Below are positions 56,790 through 64,000 of a stretch of 64,000 nucleotides of DNA, piece after piece. Source of the DNA: Solirubrobacteraceae bacterium. GTDB lineage: Bacteria > Actinomycetota > Thermoleophilia > Solirubrobacterales > Solirubrobacteraceae. Position 1 is the first letter of the stretch. Each line of letters starts with the position of its first letter. The stretch spans positions 687 to 64,686 of the forward strand of contig DATMPY010000203.1 in the NCBI GenBank assembly GCA_035566955.1, given 5' to 3'. The position numbers and the translations under genes are program-made. The notes beneath the pieces were generated by a model that saw only the letters and a program-made list of their open reading frames with translations, was not told the DNA's origin and did no database searches.

Positions 56790-58576
56790 CCGCATCGCTG
56801 CTGGCGCTCTCGATCTCCAACACGCTGCTCAAGGCGGGCGCCCTGGCGGCCTTCGTGGGCCTGGTGGGGATCGCGATCCTCTCGCTGCTCGTGTTCTCCC
56901 AGGCGCGCGAGATCAAGCGCCTGCGCGAGTGGGCGGGGCGGGCCCCGGAGCGCGCGGCGGAGCTGGAGCAGCGGGTGAGCGCGGAGGCCACGATCCGCGA
57001 CCGAAGCCGGGAGACACGCGCCTCCGGCGCTGGCCGATTTGGGGATGCGAGCGGAGCGAGTGTCTCCCCAATCGGTCCCCGTTTCGACCAGCGGATTGTT
57101 CAGCCGAGCCCCCCGGGGGCGATGCCCCGGGCCGCGGGCGGGGCTCCGATCCCCCGTGCGACGCCGATGGTGACCCGCGCGACGGGCGCTCAGCCGGCGC
57201 CGGGGACCGCGGCGCATCCGATTGGCGATCGGCCGGCGAGCGGTGTTGCGCTCACCGCATCGGGACAGCCGGCGCCGGCCCAGCCGGTTGCGACGCCGGC
57301 GCCGGGCCAGCCGGCGTTCGTGCCCTCGCAGGCGCTGACCGTGGCCTCGGGGCAGCCCGCGCCGGTGGCGGAGGGCGCCGCACAGCCCACGGAGGAGTCG
57401 GCGATGCCCGCGGCGGGGCAGCCGAAGTCCGCGGACGCCGAGGAGCCCGCGCCGCAAGCGGAGGCGGTGGAGGGGGCTCCGCGGCCGGGAGAGGGGACCT
57501 CGGAGATTGCACAGGGGGAGTCCCCGAGGGTGGGTGACACGCCGGGCAAGATCGCGCCGGCGATGGGTGAGGCGTCGAGCAAGGTCGCGCCGGCGACAGC
57601 GGCTGCGGTCGCGGCTGCCGCCGCGCCGATCGCGGTGGCGACCCGCGTCGCGCCGTCGTCGTCCCCCGCGCCCTCGGCGTCTGTGGTCTCCACTCCCATG
57701 TCACCACCGCGGGCGCCGACACCACCCGCTCCGGTCAGGGCGGGGACGCCCGCACCCCCGGCTCCGGCGAGGCCGAACGGAGATCGACCGCCGGCGCCGG
57801 AGTCCCCACGCTCGCCGGCGCCGCGCACGGCGCCTGGACGGCCCGCAACTGCCCGTCCCGTGCCTCCCCGTCCGGCGCCCCCGGGGGGCGCCCGCGTGGG
57901 GCGCCCCCCGGGCCCGCCATTCCTCCAGGAGGAACGGCGCGGTGCGGGTAAAGCGACAATGTTGATCGTGGGGGGCGTGGTGGTGGGGGTGGCGGTGTTG
58001 GCGGGTGTGCTGCTCTCGGCGGGGGGCTCGAACGGCAATCGGTCGCCCACCCAGCCGGCGGCCTCTTCGCACGCGGCTTCCACGGGCAGGCATGGACGCC
58101 AGTCCCACGGCGCGCCCGCGGTGGTGGGCCCGGGGGAAACGCACGTGGTGGTGATCAACGCGACGGAAGCGAACGGCTTGGCGCACAGGCTGGCGGAACA
58201 TCTGCAGCAGGGCGGCTACGCGCAGGCGGCGGCGCTCGAGGTGCATCCCCCGAGCGGGCGCTCGACGTCGGTGGTGCAGTACGCGAGCGGTCACCGCACG
58301 GAAGCGCTGCGGGTGGGTCGGGCGCTGGGTATCGGTGAAACGGCGCCGCTGGAAAGCACGATCGCGCCGCTGGTGGGCTCGGCGACGGTGGTGGTGATCG
58401 CGGGCGCCGACCAGGCGGCCCAGGCAGGGGCGGGGAGCGGCGAAGCGCCTGCGGGCACGGCGGGCGGCGAATCCTCCGCGGCCGGGGCGGGGGAAGGCGG
58501 TGAAGCTTCCGCGGCCGGAGCGGGCGGCGAAGCTTCCGCGGGCACGGCGGGCGGCGAAGCCTCAGCGGCCCCGTGA
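56786..58576 (+). CDS. membrane protein with Pro/Ala-rich linker and LytR C-terminal domain
   Basis: Two TMs; VVVINAT..NGLA...L...GY...SVVQY...VVVIAGAD. Confidence 0.78.
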   Translation: MTASLLALSISNTLLKAGALAAFVGLVGIAILSLLVFSQAREIKRLREWAGRAPERAAELEQRVSAEATIRDRSRETRASGAGRFGDASGASVSPIGPRFDQRIVQPSPPGAMPRAAGGAPIPRATPMVTRATGAQPAPGTAAHPIGDRPASGVALTASGQPAPAQPVATPAPGQPAFVPSQALTVASGQPAPVAEGAAQPTEESAMPAAGQPKSADAEEPAPQAEAVEGAPRPGEGTSEIAQGESPRVGDTPGKIAPAMGEASSKVAPATAAAVAAAAAPIAVATRVAPSSSPAPSASVVSTPMSPPRAPTPPAPVRAGTPAPPAPARPNGDRPPAPESPRSPAPRTAPGRPATARPVPPRPAPPGGARVGRPPGPPFLQEERRGAGKATMLIVGGVVVGVAVLAGVLLSAGGSNGNRSPTQPAASSHAASTGRHGRQSHGAPAVVGPGETHVVVINATEANGLAHRLAEHLQQGGYAQAAALEVHPPSGRSTSVVQYASGHRTEALRVGRALGIGETAPLESTIAPLVGSATVVVIAGADQAAQAGAGSGEAPAGTAGGESSAAGAGEGGEASAAGAGGEASAGTAGGEASAAP

Positions 58577-59370
58577 GCTCGGCGACCGGCGTGCCGCCGC
58601 GAACGGCGAGCTTCCTCGACATCCCGGAGCGCTCGCGCAAGCCGCGCGAGCGGGGTCTGACGCACGTGCTCGACCGGGGCCTGTCGCTCACGGAGGTGGA
58701 GGGCCTGATGGAGACAGCGGGGGAGTGCGTGGACATCGTCAAGCTGGGGTGGGGCACGGCGCTGGTGAGCGAGAACCTGCGAGCGAAGCTGGAGCGCTAC
58801 GCGGCGCACGGGGTGCCGGTGATGCTGGGGGGGACGCTGACGGAGCTGGCGGTGCGCCAGGGCCGGGTGGAGGGGATGGTGGACTACCTGCACGAGCTGG
58901 GCCTGCGCCACGTGGAGGTCTCTGACGGGACGATCGAGATGGAGCCGAGCGCGAAGTGCGAGCTGATCGGGCGCCTCGCGCGAGAGTTCACGGTGCTTTC
59001 AGAGGTGGGCAGCAAGGACGCGCACACGATCATGGCGCCGTATGTGTGGATCGAACGGATCCAGGGGGAGCTCCAGGCGGGGGCGTGGAAGGTGATCGCG
59101 GAGGCACGGGAGTCGGGCACGGCGGGCATCTACCGGGCGGACGGAGAGGTGCGCAGCGGGCTGATCGACGAGATCGCGCACGCGGTGGAGTGCGAGCGGA
59201 TGATCTTCGAGGCGCCGCGCAAGGAGCAGCAGGTGTGGCTGTTGGAGTTCTTCGGCAGCGAGTGCAACCTGGGCAATATCGCCCCGAACGACGTGCTCTC
59301 CCTGGAGACGCTGCGGCTGGGGCTGCGCTCGGACACCGTGGAGCGATTCGCCCGGGACGGCCGGGATTGA
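58573..59370 (+). CDS. comA: phosphosulfolactate synthase
   Basis: KPR..GLT.VLDRG, DIVKLGWGT, GGTL.E, EVSDG, SEVGSK, EARESG, FEAP, LETLRLGLRSDT. Confidence 0.92.
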   Translation: MSSATGVPPRTASFLDIPERSRKPRERGLTHVLDRGLSLTEVEGLMETAGECVDIVKLGWGTALVSENLRAKLERYAAHGVPVMLGGTLTELAVRQGRVEGMVDYLHELGLRHVEVSDGTIEMEPSAKCELIGRLAREFTVLSEVGSKDAHTIMAPYVWIERIQGELQAGAWKVIAEARESGTAGIYRADGEVRSGLIDEIAHAVECERMIFEAPRKEQQVWLLEFFGSECNLGNIAPNDVLSLETLRLGLRSDTVERFARDGRD

Positions 59371-59419
59371 GAGGAGAGGGCTCCGCCTTCGGCTTCGCCG
59401 GTAGGCGTTCTCAGGCCGA

Positions 59420-59524
59420 AACGGGGATGCTGGCCGCAACGGGGATGCTGGCCGCAACGGGGATGCGAGCCGGAGGCGAGTGTCCCCCGGCTTCGGTCGG
59501 AGGCGAGTGTCCCCCGGCTTCGGT
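59420..59524. repeat. adjacent tandem repeats: 18 bp x ~2.6 and 27 bp x2
   Basis: AACGGGGATGCTGGCCGC units (59420-59466) and CGGAGGCGAGTGTCCCCCGGCTTCGGT x2 (59471-59524). Confidence 0.85.
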
Positions 59525-60008
59525 CGAACCAGGGCAGGCTCAGCAGCTGGCGCGGGTGGTGTTCGCGATCGTGGTGATCGCGTGCTTTGCGGCGTTCGCG
59601 GTCACGCAGCGACTCAAGCACAGCCCGACGGCGGTGCAGAACTTCGAGATGGACAAAGCCTTCGCGCCCACCCGTGTGCCGGCCGCGTCCTGCCGAGGGA
59701 GGGTGCCCAAACGGCAGGTCAACGCGAGCAAACGGATCGAGTACCTCTCCTTCAAGCCGGCGCAGGCGGATGAGGTGACTGTCGAAATCGTGAACACGGC
59801 CGGTGAAGATGTGGCCACGATCGTGCGGGATCTCCCGGCGGAACGCTACAAACAGCTGTCGCTGTGCTGGAACGGCCACCGGGGCTCGGAGCAGCGCGGT
59901 CGGCTGGCGGCGGCGGGCGACTACCGCCTGCGCGTGAGCCTGCACAACCCGAACCACCCGCCGGTGTACTCCCCGCGCAGCTTTGCGCTGGAAGCCGCAC
60001 GCAGGTGA
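59427..60008 (+). CDS. membrane-anchored FlgD Ig-like domain protein
   Basis: TM then VTVEIVN..GE.V.TI...WNG...AAGDY.LRV; start uncertain. Confidence 0.65.
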   Translation: MLAATGMLAATGMRAGGECPPASVGGECPPASVEPGQAQQLARVVFAIVVIACFAAFAVTQRLKHSPTAVQNFEMDKAFAPTRVPAASCRGRVPKRQVNASKRIEYLSFKPAQADEVTVEIVNTAGEDVATIVRDLPAERYKQLSLCWNGHRGSEQRGRLAAAGDYRLRVSLHNPNHPPVYSPRSFALEAARR

Positions 60009-60068
60009 GCATGTACGGCGTGCGCTCGAAATGACCCGTCCCGGCGCAGCGAACGCCGAGCACGTACG

Positions 60069-61712
60069 GTGCCCTCGGTGAACACTCTCTCGATTCTTGC
60101 GACTGCCCACGGCGTGGGCGAGGCGGCCGAGAAGGTCGGCGTGATCGCGGTGGCGTTGCTGGCGGCGGCGGCGATGCTCGCGCGTCCACCGCGGATCCCC
60201 GAGCGAGCGCGCGCGGCGGCGATGCTGGCGGCGCTGATCGTGACGCCGGTGCTGCTGGTGGTGGACATCTGGCACACCTCGCAGCTGACCCATCTGCGCC
60301 ACCAACCGGCGAAGGCCGGAGGGGCAGCCGTCCTGGCCCTGCTTGTCGTGGTTGCGCTCGCGGTGATCATCCACAGACGCCCCCGGGCATTTCCGCTCTT
60401 GGCTGTGTTCGCACTGCCGTTCCGTCTGCCGATCTCCACTGGGGGCAGCACGTCCAACCTGCTGATCCCGCTCTACCTGGTGGTGGGGGCGGGCGCGCTC
60501 GCGTACGCCGTCCCGCGCCTGTCGAGCCCGCCCCGCCCCGCCCCGCCCGATCCGGCATCCGACGGCGCTTCCGTGAGGCGCGAGGACCGCGCTGGCGCGC
60601 GCGGCCGCTGGGCGCGAATGCTCTCCCCGCGGGGCGTGGAATGGTTGCTGGCGACGGCGGTGGTGCTGTACGCGCTGCAGGCCGCTTACTCGGCGGACTT
60701 CTCCAAGGCGCTGGAGAACATGGTGTTCTTCTACGTGCCGTTCGCGCTGCTGTTCGCGCTGCTGCGCGAGGTGCGCTGGACGGGGGAGCTGTTGCTCGCG
60801 TGCCTGGCGGTGGCGGTGGCGCTGGCGGTGGTGTTCGCGGGGATCGGGTTCGTGGAGTACCACCGCAAGCAGCTGTTCCTCAACCCGAAGGTGATCGCGG
60901 CGAACGAGTACGGAAATTACTTCCGGGTGAACTCGCTGTTCTTCGACCCGAACATCTACGGGCGCTTCCTGGCGCTGGTGATGGTGGCGGTGATGACAGG
61001 AGTGATGTGGAGTGTGCGCCGCCGCGAGGTGCTGCTGGGGGGTGCGGTGCTGCTGTGGCTGCTGGGGGGGCTGGTGACGAGCTTCTCGCAGTCGAGCATC
61101 GCGGCCCTGCTGCTGGGCCTGGCGGTGCTGGCGGCGTACCGCTGGGATGTGCGGGGCACGGTCTACGTGGCGGTGGCGCTGGTGGCGATCGCGGGGGTCG
61201 CTGTGCTGGTGGCCCCACCGAGTCTGCACCTGGGTCTGACGGGCAAGGGCGGTTCGGCGAGCAACGCGACGAGCGGACGCACGAAGCTGATCGCGGGCGG
61301 CCTGCAGCTGTTCGCGGATCGGCCCCTGGAGGGCTTTGGGCCGGGCTCCTTCGCGCAGGAGTACCGCGAGCACGAAGACGTCACGGGCGAAAGCGCGACG
61401 ACGGCCTCGCACACGATCCCGGTGACGGTCGCGGCGGAGCAGGGGATCGTGGGTCTGGCGCTGTATGTGGCGCTGCTCCTGTCGGCGTTTGCGGTGCTGT
61501 TCAAAGGGGCCGGCCGCTCGCCGCCAAGGATCACGCTCGCGGCGTGTTTCGCGGCGCTGGTGCTGCACACCTTCACATACGCCGACTTCCTCGAGGACCC
61601 GGTCACATGGGTGCTGCTGGGGATTGGCGTCGCGCTGGCCTGCGCCGCGGGGCGGGCCGAGCCGCAGAGTGAGTCCGAGCCGCGCGTCGAGCCGGCGGCG
61701 ATGACAAGCTGA
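60069..61712 (+). CDS. O-antigen ligase/Wzy-like polymerase
   Basis: Many TMs, FFDPN, P..GFGPGSF, SH...AAEQGIVG. Confidence 0.85.
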   Translation: MPSVNTLSILATAHGVGEAAEKVGVIAVALLAAAAMLARPPRIPERARAAAMLAALIVTPVLLVVDIWHTSQLTHLRHQPAKAGGAAVLALLVVVALAVIIHRRPRAFPLLAVFALPFRLPISTGGSTSNLLIPLYLVVGAGALAYAVPRLSSPPRPAPPDPASDGASVRREDRAGARGRWARMLSPRGVEWLLATAVVLYALQAAYSADFSKALENMVFFYVPFALLFALLREVRWTGELLLACLAVAVALAVVFAGIGFVEYHRKQLFLNPKVIAANEYGNYFRVNSLFFDPNIYGRFLALVMVAVMTGVMWSVRRREVLLGGAVLLWLLGGLVTSFSQSSIAALLLGLAVLAAYRWDVRGTVYVAVALVAIAGVAVLVAPPSLHLGLTGKGGSASNATSGRTKLIAGGLQLFADRPLEGFGPGSFAQEYREHEDVTGESATTASHTIPVTVAAEQGIVGLALYVALLLSAFAVLFKGAGRSPPRITLAACFAALVLHTFTYADFLEDPVTWVLLGIGVALACAAGRAEPQSESEPRVEPAAMTS

Positions 61713-61716
61713 GGGC

Positions 61717-63207
61717 GTGCGTGGCTACCTGAAGCGCCTTCTCACGACGGGGGCGGCCTACCAGGCGGCGGACATCGTGGCGAAGGGCCTGGCGGTGATC
61801 CTGCTGCCGCTGTACACGCGGCACGTGCCCAAGGAAGCGTACGGGGCCTACCAGACCCTGCTGACCGCGGTGATCCTGTCGAGCATCCTGCTGCGGGTGG
61901 GGCTGGGGGAGGCGTTCGTGCGCTTCTACTTCGCCGACCGCGACGAGCGGCGCCGCGCGCGGATCGCGCGCACGGTGACCGCGACAGTGGCGTGGACGAC
62001 GACGGTGGCGGCGCTCGTGGCGGTGGCGTTCTCGGCGGATCTCTCGCAGCTGCTGCTCGGCTTCCGCGATCCGGACCTGATGGACTGCGCGATCCTCGGC
62101 ATGTGGGCGTTCACGAACCTGGAAATGGCCTACGCTCAGCTGCGCGTGGACGAGCGCGCGCGGGCGTATCTATATGCGTCGATGGCGAACGTGGCGATGA
62201 CGGTGGTGTTCACGGTGGCGCTGGTGGTGTTCGCCGACCAGCAGGCGCGGGGCCTGTTGCTCGGTAACTTCGGCGCCTCGGCGGTGGTGGTGCTGGGGCT
62301 GTGGTGGGTGCTCGCGCGGGCGCGGCGGTTCTCGCTGCACTTCCGGGCCCATGACCTGGGGGCGATGCTGCGTTTCGGGGCGCCGACGGTGCCGGCGGAC
62401 GCGAGCGTGTACGCGCTGCAGGTGGTGGACCGCCTGTACCTATTCCGCGTGTACTCGCAGGGGGCGGCGGGCCTCTACTCGATCGCGCTGCAGCTGGCTA
62501 CGGTGGTGTTCGTGGCGGTGCGCGGCTTCCAGTATGCGTGGCCGCCGCTGGCGTACTCGATCGAGAGCGACAGCGAGGCCTCGCGGCTGTACTCGCTGGT
62601 GACCACCTACTACGCGCTGGCGACGGGGGTGGTGGTGTGCGGGGTGGCGCTCCTGGGGCGCTGGCTGGTGCGCCTGCTGGCGGCCCCCGAATACTTCGGG
62701 GCCTACAGGGCGCTGCCGTGGCTGGCGCTGGGGTGGGCGCTGTATGGGCTGTACCCGGTGCTGATGGTGCTGGCGGCCCGGGCGGGCAACACGACGCGCA
62801 ACTTCCCCGCCGCGGCGGCGGGTCTCGCGGTCAACGTGGGGCTGCTGCTCTGGCTGGTGCCCGCGGGCGGCCTCGACCTCGGGATCGCGGGTGCGGGCCT
62901 CGCGCTGTGCGGAGCGTACGTGGTGATGCTCACGGTGCTGTACGTGCTGACGCGCTCGCTCTTCCGGGTCGCGTTCGAGTGGGCGCGCCTGGCGCTGCTG
63001 GTGGCGACCCTGACCGCGGTGGCGGTCTCGGGCGAGCTGCTGCTCCCGACGAGCGGCCTCGGGGGTCTGGTGCTGCGCGTGCTGTGGCTGGCGCTGGTCC
63101 CGGCGCTGCTCTTCCTAACCCGCTTCTTCAGAGCGCACGAGCTGCGCGGGGCGCGGGAGCTGGTGCGCACGGCGATCGCCTACAGGCCGCGGCCCACCCG
63201 CACGTGA
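61717..63207 (+). CDS. oligosaccharide flippase (Wzx/MOP)
   Basis: LLPLYTR...YG, VDR, GLYSIA; 12-14 TMs. Confidence 0.88.
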   Translation: MRGYLKRLLTTGAAYQAADIVAKGLAVILLPLYTRHVPKEAYGAYQTLLTAVILSSILLRVGLGEAFVRFYFADRDERRRARIARTVTATVAWTTTVAALVAVAFSADLSQLLLGFRDPDLMDCAILGMWAFTNLEMAYAQLRVDERARAYLYASMANVAMTVVFTVALVVFADQQARGLLLGNFGASAVVVLGLWWVLARARRFSLHFRAHDLGAMLRFGAPTVPADASVYALQVVDRLYLFRVYSQGAAGLYSIALQLATVVFVAVRGFQYAWPPLAYSIESDSEASRLYSLVTTYYALATGVVVCGVALLGRWLVRLLAAPEYFGAYRALPWLALGWALYGLYPVLMVLAARAGNTTRNFPAAAAGLAVNVGLLLWLVPAGGLDLGIAGAGLALCGAYVVMLTVLYVLTRSLFRVAFEWARLALLVATLTAVAVSGELLLPTSGLGGLVLRVLWLALVPALLFLTRFFRAHELRGARELVRTAIAYRPRPTRT

Positions 63208-63282
63208 GCTGAAAGCTGCTGGGCAAGCTGGGCGGGAAAGCGCTCGTGCCCTCGGCTGGAGCGCGTGATCGACGGCCGGAAC

Positions 63283-63999
63283 CTATGGCTGGTGTTCGGT
63301 GGCGGTGCCTGCGGCGTCCCCCGCGCGGTTGTACTCGGCGGCGGCCTCGCGCAGTCCTTCGCCCCGCTCAGGGTGCAGCGTGGCAGTGACGTGGCGCCAG
63401 TAGCGCGCTGGCGAGCGGCCGGGCAACACGAGCGCGGCGAGCGCACGCAGTGCATAGCCCCACGCGGTCAGCCAACGCACCGCGCGGGCGGCACCGGGTG
63501 AGTGGTGCTTGCGCATGTAGAGGTCCCGGTTGCGCGCCATTTCCACGATTCGCCGCTCGGGCACGGTGCCGGTGGCGAGCTGCTCGTGGTGGATGGCGGC
63601 GGCGGCGGGGACCCACAGGCTGAGCCATCCGGCGTCGCGCAGGCGCCGGGCGAAGTCGACCTCGTCGGAGTACACGAAGAACGCGGGGTCGAGGTAGCCC
63701 ACCTGAGCGGCGGCCTCGCGCTGCACGAGCAGCGCGGAGGACTGGCACCAGTCGACCTCGCGCGTGCGCCCTCCCCGACTCTGCACCACCAGCCAGCGGT
63801 GCAGGAAAAGCGCCCCCGCGAGCGCACTCAACGGCGTGGGAAAGCGCCACGCGCAGGCCTGGGGGCGGCCGTCGGGTCGGCGCAGGGCGGCGCCCGCGCA
63901 CGCCACGTCGGGCTGCGCTTGCAGCGCCTCGTGCAGCGCAAGCACGGCTCCGGGCAGCAGCTCGGAGTCCTCGTTGAGCAGCAGCGCGTAGCGTCCCCC
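63283..63999 (-). CDS. glycosyltransferase family 2, N-terminus beyond window
   Basis: YALLLNEDS, VDWCQSSALLV, FFVYSDEVDF. Confidence 0.88.
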   Translation of the reverse strand, partial: GGRYALLLNEDSELLPGAVLALHEALQAQPDVACAGAALRRPDGRPQACAWRFPTPLSALAGALFLHRWLVVQSRGGRTREVDWCQSSALLVQREAAAQVGYLDPAFFVYSDEVDFARRLRDAGWLSLWVPAAAAIHHEQLATGTVPERRIVEMARNRDLYMRKHHSPGAARAVRWLTAWGYALRALAALVLPGRSPARYWRHVTATLHPERGEGLREAAAEYNRAGDAAGTATEHQP

Positions 64000-64000
64000 C

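Noticed and set aside
58430-58570. GEASAAGAG repeats, plus PSTPAS (~42410-42455) and HTQP (~37424-37453) repeats
   Set aside because: Ordinary low-complexity linkers or tails with no evidence of separate function.
59420-59524. Possible CRISPR array
   Set aside because: Only 2-3 abutting copies with no spacers and no cas genes.

Overview
High-GC actinobacterial DNA; gene order and content suggest Thermoleophilia/Solirubrobacterales (inference). There are three blocks. (1) 1-31 kb is a type II (aromatic) polyketide cluster cut off at the left edge. It holds KS-alpha, CLF, ACP, TcmI/TcmJ/TcmN-type cyclases, SchA/CurD, five ABM-fold proteins, a flavin halogenase-like enzyme, three further flavoenzymes, SDRs, an acyl-CoA ligase, FabD, carbonic anhydrase, Pta, a two-component system, a cation/H+ antiporter and an ABC exporter. 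It is unusually linked to signalling: a cNMP-binding patatin sits inside the core PKS operon, a class III nucleotide cyclase is divergent from that operon, and the exporter ATPase carries an FHA domain. Three tailoring enzymes share Gly-Gly-Pro-Pro tracts, and two genes appear to start at ATC. (2) 31-47 kb is a vapBC pair followed by a signalling island: three secreted proteins with different N-termini but one shared ~210-230 aa FecR-like (VRGT) C-terminal domain, a CHASE2 cyclase, three Ser/Thr kinases and an FHA protein. (3) 47-64 kb is housekeeping and envelope genes (GH15, dedA, uppP, PknB-like kinase, CapD-like dehydratase, comA, Wzy/Wzx, GT2). No rRNA, tRNA, CRISPR array or transposase was recognised. 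All calls come from reading motifs by eye; no searches were run.
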